Positions 1 through 10,010 of a stretch of DNA of 64,000 bases are shown here, one piece after another. The stretch covers positions 116,098 through 180,097 of the forward strand of contig CAZJVE010000001.1 in the NCBI GenBank assembly GCA_964549685.1, read 5' to 3'. The notes under the pieces are model-generated. The model had not been told where the DNA came from and did not search any database. It worked only from the letters and a program-made list of their open reading frames with translations. This DNA comes from an uncultured archaeon (GTDB lineage: Archaea; Altiarchaeota; Altiarchaeia; IMC4; QMZM01). Position numbers and translations under genes: made by a program. The number at the start of each line of letters is the position of its first letter. The first letter of the stretch is position 1.

Positions 1-330
1 GAGTTTATTCTCAATGCAGAGGTTGAGGAGATTTCAGGGGAGACCTTTGTGAATAGCATCAAGCTGAAGGATGGGAAAAGCATCGAGGTGAATGGGATCT
101 TCATATCCATTGGGATTGTCCCCAGCACGACCATGGCAAAGGCAGCAGGAGTCGAGCTGGATAAGAAGGGCTATGTGAAGGTCAACAGGGAGCAGGAAAC
201 TAATGTCCAGGGAGTCTTTGCAGCGGGGGATGTTACAGGGGGAGTGATGCAGATTTCAACAGCAGTTGGAGAGGGGTGCATCGCTGCCCTCTCAGCCTAT
301 AGGTATGTGAAGAAGCCGTACTGGGGTTAG
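1..330 (+). CDS. trxB: Thioredoxin-disulfide reductase, C-terminal part (5' end outside window)
   Basis: TNVQGVFAAGDVTGG...STAVGEGCIAALSA FAD-binding C-terminal motif; frame open from base 1. Confidence 0.85.
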   Translation, partial: EFILNAEVEEISGETFVNSIKLKDGKSIEVNGIFISIGIVPSTTMAKAAGVELDKKGYVKVNREQETNVQGVFAAGDVTGGVMQISTAVGEGCIAALSAYRYVKKPYWG

Positions 331-353
331 AAAATTATTAGTATGCACCTCGC

Positions 354-1397
354 CTATTGTTGTATAACTCTGTAAATCCTCGATTCCGAATAGCTGGTAA
401 GGGTGAATGGAATCTCCGGGTCTACTACGATTATGTCGTTCTCCTTACACATGAGGGTTTTGTCACCGGCAGTTACCTTTAACTCACCATCCACCACATA
501 CATGTAGCGTGCTGACTCATCCAGGAAATCCACCTGGCCACCATTTTTTATCTTTAGTATCTCTAACTGGTAACTGTAGTGCTTGTCCTTTATGTTATGG
601 ATTTTAACGCTATGATTTCTGTCCTTTTTTGTTTCATGGGCCTTAATGGAGCTACCGCTTCCTTCCCTGCTCTTTCCATCATAATAATCGGCTTTCCATT
701 TCAGTATGGATGGCTTTGATTTTACGCTTATGTTTTTGTTAATAAACGCGTTAGGGTTTTCCAGTCTATGAATTGTTTCAGATTCGAAATATGCAATTTC
801 TTCGCTTTTTATATTAAATTCGTTTCTCAAACCCTTATGTTTATACACTCCCTGGATTTCTGCACCAAGATTCAGGGAATATTCGCTTTGTGGATGGTGA
901 TGAAATAGCTGGACGTGATTGCGTGGCATGAAGGCTATAGTTACTGAGATGTCCATCTCACTCGATGGCTTTGTATGCAACCCCCAGCCCTTTCTCAGTT
1001 CTTTAACTCCATTCGCATTAATCGCATACCTGTTAGGTAGACTATCCCATCTGAGAACGTCTATTGGTGGCTTCGTCTGCATGATGGGATTTTCTCTCAG
1101 TATCTGCTCCCCAATACTCTGTATCTTAACCAGTTTATTCCGAGCACTATCTATTTTTTTATCTCTATCATACTTGAGTAACTCAGAAATCATAAGCTGG
1201 CAATTTTCCGTAAAGTGTCTTGCTATCCTTGCTCTTCGGTGGGTGTCCTCTTTCTTTACCTCACCTCTCCTAAGACCTTTAATCTCTCCTATTAATTTAT
1301 CCATAACCCACTTTTCCTTCTCCAGTCTATCAAGAAATTTTGCTACATCCTCAAAGGACTTTATGTCCTTCTTTCTGTAAAGTTCGTCGTATCTCAT
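354..1397 (-). CDS. Cupin-fold protein (two probable cupin domains) with helical N-terminus
   Basis: FHHHPQSE...IHRLEN cupin metal motifs and a second YVVDGEL..NDIIVV..P motif; visibly AT-rich. Confidence 0.6.
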   Translation of the reverse strand: MRYDELYRKKDIKSFEDVAKFLDRLEKEKWVMDKLIGEIKGLRRGEVKKEDTHRRARIARHFTENCQLMISELLKYDRDKKIDSARNKLVKIQSIGEQILRENPIMQTKPPIDVLRWDSLPNRYAINANGVKELRKGWGLHTKPSSEMDISVTIAFMPRNHVQLFHHHPQSEYSLNLGAEIQGVYKHKGLRNEFNIKSEEIAYFESETIHRLENPNAFINKNISVKSKPSILKWKADYYDGKSREGSGSSIKAHETKKDRNHSVKIHNIKDKHYSYQLEILKIKNGGQVDFLDESARYMYVVDGELKVTAGDKTLMCKENDIIVVDPEIPFTLTSYSESRIYRVIQQ

Positions 1398-1478
1398 CTT
1401 GGCAGTATATCTACATATGACTAGCTGAATAAGAAAGCATGCGTCTAAATGGGATTTAAACCCTTCGGTTAGCCAGCC

Positions 1479-2054
1479 CTACCCCTTCAGCGTCTCGCAG
1501 ATTTTCAGTGCCAGGTTTTCTACCGTTTTCATGCCGGTTTCGTCCTGAAGGGCATCGCCGGGGTTTCTTCCGACTGCTATGCCACCGAAGTGGGCAGTTG
1601 TTTTGTCAGCAACGACAATCATCTCGTGGAGGAGCATCCAGTTTCGTATCTGGTTGGTGGTGAACTCCTGGCCTCCGTTTCTGCTGCCGCCGATTGCTAT
1701 TGCGCCGCCAAGCTTTCCTGACAGTTGGTATTTGTTTCTCCGCAGTGGCAGGGTCCTGTCGAAGAGGGCCTTGAGTCTGCTGGAGACGGAAGCAAAGTAG
1801 GTGGGAGAGCCGATGATTACTGCATTGGAATTCTTCATTTTTTCTAGAATTTCAAAAACATCATCGTCGATGACGCATTTATGTGGTGGTTCTTTGCATG
1901 CATCACAATGAGTACAGAATTCTATTTTTTTATTTGATAAGGATATGAATTCAGTCTCATGGCCGTTATCCTTGCAGACCTCCAGCGCCTTCTTTACAAG
2001 GAGGTCGGTATTTCCCTCGTTTCTGTGCGAGCCCGATATCCCGAGGATTTTCAT
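1479..2054 (-). CDS. Iron-sulfur flavoprotein / flavodoxin-family NADPH-dependent FMN reductase
   Basis: GISGSHR..GNT, CTHCDAC...C, GSPTYF, RNGGQE motifs. Confidence 0.9.
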   Translation of the reverse strand: MKILGISGSHRNEGNTDLLVKKALEVCKDNGHETEFISLSNKKIEFCTHCDACKEPPHKCVIDDDVFEILEKMKNSNAVIIGSPTYFASVSSRLKALFDRTLPLRRNKYQLSGKLGGAIAIGGSRNGGQEFTTNQIRNWMLLHEMIVVADKTTAHFGGIAVGRNPGDALQDETGMKTVENLALKICETLKG

Positions 2055-2083
2055 ATTAGAAAATTGGATTTCATAGATATATC

Positions 2084-4339
2084 ATGAGACTTCTCAACCT
2101 GGAGCTTGAGAACTGGGCGTGCCACGCAACACTTGATGTCGACCTATCGGCAGGGCTGCAGATAGAGGGCAGGAACGGCGTTGGAAAGAGCAGCATCCTA
2201 GAGGCGATAAGGTTTGTATTTGCAAAGGATGCCAGAAGGTACAAGGGAAAGATTAAGAACGGTAAGAAGGCTGCAACGGTAAGACTGGAATTCAGAAGGG
2301 ATGAAACCTCCTACCGGGTTGAGAAGAGTCTGCATCTGAATAAGAACTCTACAGCGAGCCTGGTCATGAACGGAAACCTTGTCGCTGATAATCCCACCTC
2401 CGTCTACAATTCATTGCAGGACTGCCTGGACGAGAGGATTTTCGACAGGCTGCTTTATGTTGCGCAGGGCGGTCTGACGGAGCTGGTTGACACCCTGAGT
2501 CTGAAGGGGGGCAGGCAGGAGCTTGATTCTTTGCTGGGGCTGGACAAGTTCGACCTTGTTTATGATGGAGTCGGAAAGGAATTCATAGAGAGAAAGGCAA
2601 GATACGAAAACTATCATGAAGAATTCAGGAGGTATCCAGAGAGCCTGGAGGAAAGCTCCGGGAAGGAGATGAAGGTCCTGACTCTGGAGATGGATAGGAT
2701 AAAGAGAAGGGGGGAGGATGAGGAAAGGCGGCTGAATGAACTGTCAGGAAAAATCCAGAAACTTGAGAGCGATATTGAGAATATGCAAAAGACAAGAAAG
2801 AATAGAGAGGAGCTGAACGAGGGGGTGAACGAACTGAGGGTTAAGATAACTGGACAGGAGAGCGAGATTTCCGGCCTGGAGAAGGACCTTGAGCGGATTG
2901 AAGAAAAGAGGAAAAAGACTGCTGTGCTTCTCGATAAAGAGAAGGGGCTTGAGAAATATGAGAGGATAAGGGAGCTTCTGTCGGAATTGAAGAGCAAAGA
3001 GGACGGGCTCGTTGACAGGAAGGGGATAGAAAAGGACAAGGATAAACTTGAGAACCTGAGGGAGACCCTGGTGAAGAAGAGGGAGATTCAGGAGAGGCTC
3101 AGGAATTCAGAGGAGCGGGTAATGGCGCTGGAGAGGGCCCTTGCAGCCTGCAGGCAGAAGGGGAAGGAGATTGGGGACTATCTCAAGGGCCTGGAGAGTC
3201 TGGACATGGCGGCGAAATGCCCCAGGTGTGGCAGGCCATTGACCGAGAAGCACCTTGCGATAGAGAAGAAGGTCGCCAGGGAGGAGGTTAGGAGGGCGTA
3301 TATCGAAATTAAAGCAGTTGAAAAGGAGCTTGAACGGGACTCCAAAACCAGAGACGAGGTGGAGAAAAGGTTCGAGCTCATGAAGAAGAATGATGTAGAG
3401 GCGGAGTGCCTTGACAAGGATTTGTCTGCCAGGGAGAGGGAGAACAGGGAGATTCTCGACAGGATTGATAAGCTAAAGAGGAAGCTGGAGGATTCCGGTT
3501 ACTCGGGAGAGAGTCAGGGCGATGTTGAATCGAGGATTGCGGAACTGAACAGCATCAGGGGCGAGATAAAGGCCCTGAAGAAGGAGATTGAAAAGGGCAA
3601 GGGATACGGGAAGAAGCTGAAGGATATTGAGAGAGAGAATAAAAGGTTCAAGAACGACCTGGAAAAGGCGGAGAAGGAATTCACTGGCCTTATATTCAAC
3701 AACGACGTTTTCAATTCAATGCAAAAGGATAGGAATTCCCTAAATGACGACAGGTATAAGCTGAAGGGTGAGATGGAAAGGGGCGGGTTCAGGATTAAGG
3801 AGATTGAAGGAAAGGTTGATGAGATAGATAAGGTAATGGGGAACTTCACCGGGCTCAAGGACAGGATGGGGAAGGCCGGGAGAGAGATGAATCTCTTCAG
3901 GCAGGCAAGGGACGAGGTCTTCCACCCGAACAAGGGCATAAGGAGGTACTACAGGGAGCTCTACATGAAGAGGCTGAGTAACCTCCTTACCTACTACTTC
4001 AGGCAGATAAACCAGAACCCCAGGTACAGGGAGATTATGTTTGACAAGGATTATCGAATTTTGATAAGGAGCAACGAGGGGGAATTTGAGATAGAGCAGC
4101 TGTCCGGAGGGGAGAGGGTTCAGCTTGCCCTTGCCCTGCGGATTTCGCTGATAGAGCTGCTGTCGCCGGTAAGGATGATGGTTCTTGATGAGCCCTTCGG
4201 CAGCCTGGACAGGGAGCACAGAGAGATTCTGGGTGAGGCCCTGAACAGGATAGCGAGTGACGGCCAGCTGATTCTGGTTACTCACGTTCATGTGGAATCT
4301 CTAAACCTACCTAAGAAGCTGGAGCTGGGGGGGTATTAG
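2084..4339 (+). CDS. Rad50/SbcC-like SMC-family ATPase with zinc hook
   Basis: Walker A GRNGVGKS, Q-loop YVAQG, coiled coil with central CPRC, LSGGE signature, Walker B VLDEPFGSLD. Confidence 0.85.
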   Translation: MRLLNLELENWACHATLDVDLSAGLQIEGRNGVGKSSILEAIRFVFAKDARRYKGKIKNGKKAATVRLEFRRDETSYRVEKSLHLNKNSTASLVMNGNLVADNPTSVYNSLQDCLDERIFDRLLYVAQGGLTELVDTLSLKGGRQELDSLLGLDKFDLVYDGVGKEFIERKARYENYHEEFRRYPESLEESSGKEMKVLTLEMDRIKRRGEDEERRLNELSGKIQKLESDIENMQKTRKNREELNEGVNELRVKITGQESEISGLEKDLERIEEKRKKTAVLLDKEKGLEKYERIRELLSELKSKEDGLVDRKGIEKDKDKLENLRETLVKKREIQERLRNSEERVMALERALAACRQKGKEIGDYLKGLESLDMAAKCPRCGRPLTEKHLAIEKKVAREEVRRAYIEIKAVEKELERDSKTRDEVEKRFELMKKNDVEAECLDKDLSARERENREILDRIDKLKRKLEDSGYSGESQGDVESRIAELNSIRGEIKALKKEIEKGKGYGKKLKDIERENKRFKNDLEKAEKEFTGLIFNNDVFNSMQKDRNSLNDDRYKLKGEMERGGFRIKEIEGKVDEIDKVMGNFTGLKDRMGKAGREMNLFRQARDEVFHPNKGIRRYYRELYMKRLSNLLTYYFRQINQNPRYREIMFDKDYRILIRSNEGEFEIEQLSGGERVQLALALRISLIELLSPVRMMVLDEPFGSLDREHREILGEALNRIASDGQLILVTHVHVESLNLPKKLELGGY

Positions 4340-4362
4340 TGGTGGGGTCTTGGGAGGCATTA

Positions 4363-4635
4363 TTACCTTATCTCAAAGTTGGAGAATTCGCCGGTGGGTT
4401 CTTCCAGTTTGATATCGACTCCTGTTACGTCTGCAAAAGAGGGGCCCTTTCTGCACCACTCGATTGCTTCCCTGACCTTTGACTCGTCTCCCTCGAAGAC
4501 CGCTTCGACGTTTCCGTCGGGAGAATTCCTTACCCAGCCACCTAGGCCGAGCCCCGTTGCCATGTCCCTGGTGCTGGCTCTGAAGAAGACGCCTTGAACA
4601 CTTCCTGAGATTCTGAGATGGGCTCGGGAGTTCAT
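4363..4635 (-). CDS. acyP: Acylphosphatase
   Basis: ISGSVQGVFFR...GWVRN..DG.VE; start reassigned to ATG at 4635, overlapping the upstream stop. Confidence 0.93.
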   Translation of the reverse strand: MNSRAHLRISGSVQGVFFRASTRDMATGLGLGGWVRNSPDGNVEAVFEGDESKVREAIEWCRKGPSFADVTGVDIKLEEPTGEFSNFEIR

Positions 4636-5675
4636 TCTTTGATGATGTGCTGAGCATCTATATGGACCTTGTCGAGGTGTTTCTTTGCTGCCTGCAGGCA
4701 TTTCTCTGCAAGCTCTTTTGAGGTTGGCGGCATGTCCTCCATGAAGAGGCCCGGCGTATATGCAAGAAGGGTGTAGGGAATGTCCGGGTTTATTTCTGCT
4801 ATAAATTTCGCTATCCTCTCGACCTCTATGGCATCGATATAGCCCGAAATCAGAGGGGTTATTGCGGTCAGCACCGGCTCTTTTCTTTCGGTGAATAATT
4901 TGTCTGCAACGAGTTTGAAGTTCGTGTAGGTTTGTTCGTCATATATGCCGCATAGGGCCTTGTTTATGTTTGGATTGAAGGCATTGAAGTCCATCTTCAT
5001 GATTCCTCCGCTTTCAAGGGAGATTTTAGCCGCCTTCAGCATCAGGTCCTCGTCTCCGTTGCCGTTGGACTCCCAGCATATCCTTATGTCTTTTCTCTCC
5101 TTCATTATCTCCTCCGATGCCTTGATGGCAAAGAGGAGCTGCGGCTCCGGGCTACCTCCGAAAAAGGAGATGCATCTGATTTCCTTGTTATTAACGACCT
5201 GGGACACAAAGTCGTCCAGCGTTATCTTCGGTGCCTTATCAATCTCCTTGTGGGCCTGGTTCTGGCAGAACAGACAGTCCAGGTTGCAGCCATACAGAAA
5301 AACCGCGAGATTCTTTCCCTGCTCCTTGTTTCCTGAACAGAACCAGGAGGCACAGCAGTTTGCAGGCAATGGGTTGAGGTAGAGCTGGGCCAGGGCGTAC
5401 TCTGTGTCAGGGATAATGCTGCCTCCGGAATTCCTCCTTACGCCGCAGTAGCCGGTCTCTCCCTCGGACAGGACGCATTTGTTTGAGCATACCTTGCACC
5501 GGATTCCCCCCTCGCTCCTTGGCGGCTTCTCGGGGAGGTTGAATTCTGTCCTTGCTCTCCTGTGCGCCTCATCCATATAGGGGAATGTCTCGGTCGGAAT
5601 TCCCCTGAGACAGCCTAGGCAGACTCCCAGTATCTTCGTTACCTCCTTTTCTTCCCCGCAGAGTTTACATCTCAT
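4632..5675 (-). CDS. Radical SAM protein (PFL-activating-like / AmmeMemoRadiSam-like)
   Basis: CNLDCLFCQN CxxxCxxC, N-terminal Cys clusters (GYCGVRRN), FFGGSPEP. Confidence 0.85.
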   Translation of the reverse strand: MRCKLCGEEKEVTKILGVCLGCLRGIPTETFPYMDEAHRRARTEFNLPEKPPRSEGGIRCKVCSNKCVLSEGETGYCGVRRNSGGSIIPDTEYALAQLYLNPLPANCCASWFCSGNKEQGKNLAVFLYGCNLDCLFCQNQAHKEIDKAPKITLDDFVSQVVNNKEIRCISFFGGSPEPQLLFAIKASEEIMKERKDIRICWESNGNGDEDLMLKAAKISLESGGIMKMDFNAFNPNINKALCGIYDEQTYTNFKLVADKLFTERKEPVLTAITPLISGYIDAIEVERIAKFIAEINPDIPYTLLAYTPGLFMEDMPPTSKELAEKCLQAAKKHLDKVHIDAQHIIKE

Positions 5676-5749
5676 TTTGGTGGTTGAATATAAGAACGCC
5701 CCGGAGGGCAAGTATAATTATTGACAGTATTTATTAAAAGTCCAGATAT

Positions 5750-6166
5750 CTATCTCCTTCTGACGACCTCGAGCTCAAACCCTGCCTTCTTCGCCCCCTT
5801 CTGGAGAAATTTGGACAGGTCCTTGGAATACAGCCCTGCAACCAGTATATTGTTGAAATACCTGAACTGGTACTTCTTCTGTTCTTCCGGCTTCGTGACC
5901 TCAAGAATCTTGTGGACATAGAATGGGTGGGGGAATTCTACCCTGGCTGATTTACCGTATTCGCCCTCTCTGATGCTGATTGTTGCCCTGGGTTTTTTTG
6001 GGTCCCTGGGTTTTGCGGGCTTCTTGGCTGGTTTTGGTGCTGGCTTTGCTGCCGGCTTTTCTGTTTTCTTGGTTACCGTCTTTGCTGCCGGCTTTTTGGT
6101 TGGTTTTGGTGCTGGCTTTGCTGCATCCTTCGCCTTCCCGGCCGGTTTCTTTGCTTTTTCAGCCAT
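5750..6166 (-). CDS. Hypothetical protein with Lys/Ala/Pro-rich N-terminal tail
   Basis: ORF overlaps the apgM stop; repeated AKPAPK/KKPA units followed by an ~80-aa globular part. Confidence 0.7.
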   Translation of the reverse strand: MAEKAKKPAGKAKDAAKPAPKPTKKPAAKTVTKKTEKPAAKPAPKPAKKPAKPRDPKKPRATISIREGEYGKSARVEFPHPFYVHKILEVTKPEEQKKYQFRYFNNILVAGLYSKDLSKFLQKGAKKAGFELEVVRRR

Positions 6167-7370
6167 TTTTATCCAGTAGCAGATTCATGAATTCCGTTCC
6201 GTTTCTGAGGCCATAGGAGCCCTTCTCAGCGGATTTTTCAGTAAAGCTCTCTACCGAATCCCCTTCCCTGGCCGTTGAATAGATTGCAAAGGGAACAGGG
6301 TCGGGGGTATGAGTCTTTACACTCAGGGGAGTTGCATGGTCGGGGAGAATCCCGATTGTGAATTCCTTGCCCTTCATGCCATCGAGAATTCTCGCAAGGA
6401 CTCTGATGTCGATGTTCTCAATCGCCTCTATCTTGTTGTCCAGCAAACCCTCATGGCCGGCTTCGTCGGGGGCTTCGATATGGATGCATACGAAGTCGTT
6501 CCTCTCCAGTGCCTCCATGGCATAGTCTGCCTTGCCCTCGTAGTTTGTGTCGAGGTATGCGGTCGCTCCGGGAACCTCAATGACCTCCATTCCGAGGGTT
6601 GCTGCAATTCCCTTCAGGAGGTCAACCCCAGATATCAGGGCGCCCTTGAGGTTGAACATTTCATTGAAGGAGGGGACCTTCTTGTTCCTGCCCGCACCCC
6701 AGGGCCATATCAGGTTGGCAGGCAGTTTGCCGCCTCCCTCTCTCTTTTTGTTTATGGGATGATTCTGGAGAATTTCCCTGGATTTTTCAATTAGGCCATC
6801 TAGAATCCTTGCTGTGTCTTCTCCCTCGGCGGTCTTTGCCTTTGGAAGATTCTCACTAACAGAACAGTCATGGATGTCGTGGGGGGGTTTGCAGATTATC
6901 TCCTCAGAGTATTTCCCGGAGAGAACGATAATGTGCCTGTAGCCTCTGCCAGGGTAGAATTTTATGTCTGTAGTGCCTAACTCTTTGTCCAGCTCTTCTA
7001 TCAGAACACTCGCTTCCTCGTCACTTATGTGTCCGGCGCTGTAGTCCTTAATCATACCGTCAGTCTCATTAATCAGATTGAGCCTTATCGCTATCTCGCT
7101 GTTCTTCAGTTTGATTCCAAGGCTTCTGGCTTCCAGGGGGCCTCTTCCGCCGGGATAATAAACCTTTGGGTCATAGCCAAGGACTGCGAGGTTTGCAACG
7201 TCGCTCCCGGCTTCGAATCCTTCGGGTATTGTCTTCAGGAGGCCGCAGCGCCCGTTCTTTGCGATAAAATCCATTGCCTTGGTTTCTGCCTTCTCCAGAG
7301 GGGTTTTTCCTCCGAGCTGTTCCAGGGGATAGTCAGACATGCCATCCCCGACTACAATCATATATTTCAT
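6159..7370 (-). CDS. apgM: Cofactor-independent phosphoglycerate mutase (archaeal type)
   Basis: GDGMSD, GKTPLE, GSDVANL, APDEAGH, PDHATP...HTPDPVP. Confidence 0.93.
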   Translation of the reverse strand: MKYMIVVGDGMSDYPLEQLGGKTPLEKAETKAMDFIAKNGRCGLLKTIPEGFEAGSDVANLAVLGYDPKVYYPGGRGPLEARSLGIKLKNSEIAIRLNLINETDGMIKDYSAGHISDEEASVLIEELDKELGTTDIKFYPGRGYRHIIVLSGKYSEEIICKPPHDIHDCSVSENLPKAKTAEGEDTARILDGLIEKSREILQNHPINKKREGGGKLPANLIWPWGAGRNKKVPSFNEMFNLKGALISGVDLLKGIAATLGMEVIEVPGATAYLDTNYEGKADYAMEALERNDFVCIHIEAPDEAGHEGLLDNKIEAIENIDIRVLARILDGMKGKEFTIGILPDHATPLSVKTHTPDPVPFAIYSTAREGDSVESFTEKSAEKGSYGLRNGTEFMNLLLDKNG

Positions 7371-7391
7371 ATCCAATAGAATATATGATAT

Positions 7392-7853
7392 ATGCTTGAA
7401 AAATTAACCGTCCGGGGCTTTGAGGAGGGGGACGAAAAAGGTATGGTGAAAATTCACAAGGACTCGGTTGAGAAGTTTGAGAACATGGACGTGGATGAGA
7501 ACTTCATCATGAGGCTCTTCCAGAGGTCTGACTTCCGGTTCTTCGTTGCAGATAATGGCGGGGGAATTGTCGGCTTTCTTGGAGCCGTCTTCTATAGCAG
7601 CGTGGGCAGAGCGGAGGTTGGCCCCGTATCAATTGCGGAGGGATATAGAAATTCAGGGGTTGGCTCAAGATTGCTCGATGACTGCGAGAATTTCCTCAGG
7701 ACATTGAACATAAGACGAATAACAGCCAAGGTCAAGTACGACAACAACGAGAGCATAAACTTCTTCAAGAAGCACGGCTTTGAGCAGGAGGCCGTTTTCA
7801 GAAGGTACACCAAAGACTGTAGGGACGTTGTTCAATTTGTGAAGTTTCTATAG
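7392..7853 (+). CDS. GNAT-family N-acetyltransferase
   Basis: YRNSGVGSRLL acetyl-CoA motif; N..SINFFKKHGF. Confidence 0.9.
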   Translation: MLEKLTVRGFEEGDEKGMVKIHKDSVEKFENMDVDENFIMRLFQRSDFRFFVADNGGGIVGFLGAVFYSSVGRAEVGPVSIAEGYRNSGVGSRLLDDCENFLRTLNIRRITAKVKYDNNESINFFKKHGFEQEAVFRRYTKDCRDVVQFVKFL

Positions 7854-7908
7854 TATAATATTCATATTTTTATAAAAATTCTCGTATTTATCTATTTTTA
7901 ACCCGTAA

Positions 7909-9939
7909 ATGGCATATTATAGTATGCAGACAAAGATGGGTGGAGGGCGCTATTTCGCGATTCTTCTGGCGCTTCTCCTTTTGGTTTCGGCTGTTGCCGG
8001 AGTGCGCATCAGCGACATAGATGTGGAGCCGAACGATTATGAGATTGATAAGGATGATGAGATTTCTGTTGATGTGGAATTCTCCGGAACGCCCTGTAAT
8101 TCAAAGGTTCTATTCTTCCTGGACGATGTTCTGTTCAGCTCAAAGAATCTCAGGTGCGACGCCGATGATATAGAGTCCGATTCATGGGACCTTAAGGAGA
8201 GGGAGGTTGAGTGTGGCATCCATGAGATAAGGGTTGAGTTATTCAAGAGCGATGAAAAGATTCAGGCCGTCAACCAGACGATAAGGATAGGCAGGGTTCC
8301 GGAAATAACCATAAGTCCTGAGAGGCCCCTTGTTGATAAGCAGATGGTTATAGAGTTCATAGAAGAGGACGGAACTCCTGCAAGAAATCTGGTTGTTGAC
8401 ATATACTGGGTAAAGGATGGTATTGGCTCTGCCGATGATTACGACATTGGAAGCGACGGGAAATTAAAATTCACGCCAAAGGAAAGCGGGGAGTACAGAT
8501 TTACCATAGACGATTCGAATTACTGCGGAAGCGAGAGCTTCTATGCAAAGAAAACGCTGATTGTTGACGGTCCCGATCCATCTGAGCCAAAGGTTGGCGA
8601 CCCAGTTACTTTTGCGCTTTCAGGCCCAGTCGGGGCAAAGCTTGTCAAGAGCGATGGAGAAACGACTCCTCTTTACACGACAATAAGCGGTGGGGTCAAC
8701 TTTACTGTCGATGAAGGGGGCACCTATACATTGGTTCTGGGGGAACTGAGTACCACATACTGGGGCGTTAACAGAACCGTAGTGATAGAAGATAAGGCAG
8801 CCATCTCATTATTGATTGAACCCGAAACTCCAGTCATCGGAAAGAGTATTTCAGTGAATACCAGAGTCAATGGAGAGGCGCTTTCCGGCGTTGACATAGA
8901 GATAGAGGACCAGACGGGTGATATAAAGACATACACTACCGACCTGAACGGGGTTATGAATTTCATCCCAAGCTCGATGGGCCTTCACAGAGTATATGCG
9001 AAGAAAAAGAGCTATAAGGAATCCGAAAAGGATTTCCGTGTTTATAACTCCTTGCATGTATTCTTTGAGCCGGCCAGCCCATCCCCTGGCCAGGAGGTTG
9101 CCCTGATAGTCAAAAACCAGCTCGGCTATCTGATTGATGGAGTAAATGTCTTTATTCCTGAGATTCCGGCCGGTGGAAAGACAGATAATAACGGCATGTT
9201 CAAATTCACTCCAGCCAAGGTTGGCAGATACACGGTAACCCTGAACAAGGAGAGTTATTGGGATGTTGAAAAGGAGTTAAATATTTCTGGATTACTGGAA
9301 TTGAGACTGGACAAAAATGTGATTGAGATTGGAGAATCTGTAACAATCCTTACGCTGGATGAAAACGGCAATCAGGTCTCTACTAGCATTAAGGTAAGAA
9401 AGCCGGACGGTTCTGAGGAAGGCTTGAGTGGTATGATTTACACCCCTGGAGATATTGGTAAGTATCAGGTTTCTGCAGGAGGAGACGGTTATGTAATCTC
9501 TACCAAAGAGCTCACCGTGAATGCTCATCCTCTCGAAGTGAATACTGCAGTCGAGGGTGATGAGCTGGTCATAAAAACTGAGAGTACCTACGGCCCCGTG
9601 GCTGGTATTACGCTTCTGCTGAAAACAGCAACCAATGACAAAACCCTTGTGACAGACGAGAACGGAATATCAAGAACCGAGCTTGAGGAAGGGGAGGTAA
9701 GAATCATAGCAAACACCATGAATGTTAACAGAGAATATGGCATTCAGGACGTAACTCAGGAGATAAAAAGGGAGCACAACTACGGCATGCTGGCCTTGTT
9801 CCTCATAGGCATAGTTATATTCACAGTGGTAGCGATATTCGTCTCCGGTTCAAAGGGAGACAGGGGCACTGGAACAAGAAAAAAGAACTCAATGCTTGAA
9901 GGTAGGAGCAAAGGCAAGAATAGTCTTTCCAGTCTATAA
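7909..9939 (+). CDS. Membrane-anchored surface protein with repeated Ig/carboxypeptidase-regulatory-like beta domains
   Basis: Signal peptide, repeated TD.NG...F.P...G.Y units, C-terminal TM helix followed by a basic tail. Confidence 0.75.
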   Translation: MAYYSMQTKMGGGRYFAILLALLLLVSAVAGVRISDIDVEPNDYEIDKDDEISVDVEFSGTPCNSKVLFFLDDVLFSSKNLRCDADDIESDSWDLKEREVECGIHEIRVELFKSDEKIQAVNQTIRIGRVPEITISPERPLVDKQMVIEFIEEDGTPARNLVVDIYWVKDGIGSADDYDIGSDGKLKFTPKESGEYRFTIDDSNYCGSESFYAKKTLIVDGPDPSEPKVGDPVTFALSGPVGAKLVKSDGETTPLYTTISGGVNFTVDEGGTYTLVLGELSTTYWGVNRTVVIEDKAAISLLIEPETPVIGKSISVNTRVNGEALSGVDIEIEDQTGDIKTYTTDLNGVMNFIPSSMGLHRVYAKKKSYKESEKDFRVYNSLHVFFEPASPSPGQEVALIVKNQLGYLIDGVNVFIPEIPAGGKTDNNGMFKFTPAKVGRYTVTLNKESYWDVEKELNISGLLELRLDKNVIEIGESVTILTLDENGNQVSTSIKVRKPDGSEEGLSGMIYTPGDIGKYQVSAGGDGYVISTKELTVNAHPLEVNTAVEGDELVIKTESTYGPVAGITLLLKTATNDKTLVTDENGISRTELEEGEVRIIANTMNVNREYGIQDVTQEIKREHNYGMLALFLIGIVIFTVVAIFVSGSKGDRGTGTRKKNSMLEGRSKGKNSLSSL

Positions 9940-10010
9940 TCATTGCGTCCGCTTTATATATTACTAAATTTAATTCTATTAGTATTGTATTTTGAGGTGA
10001 TGTTACTAAA

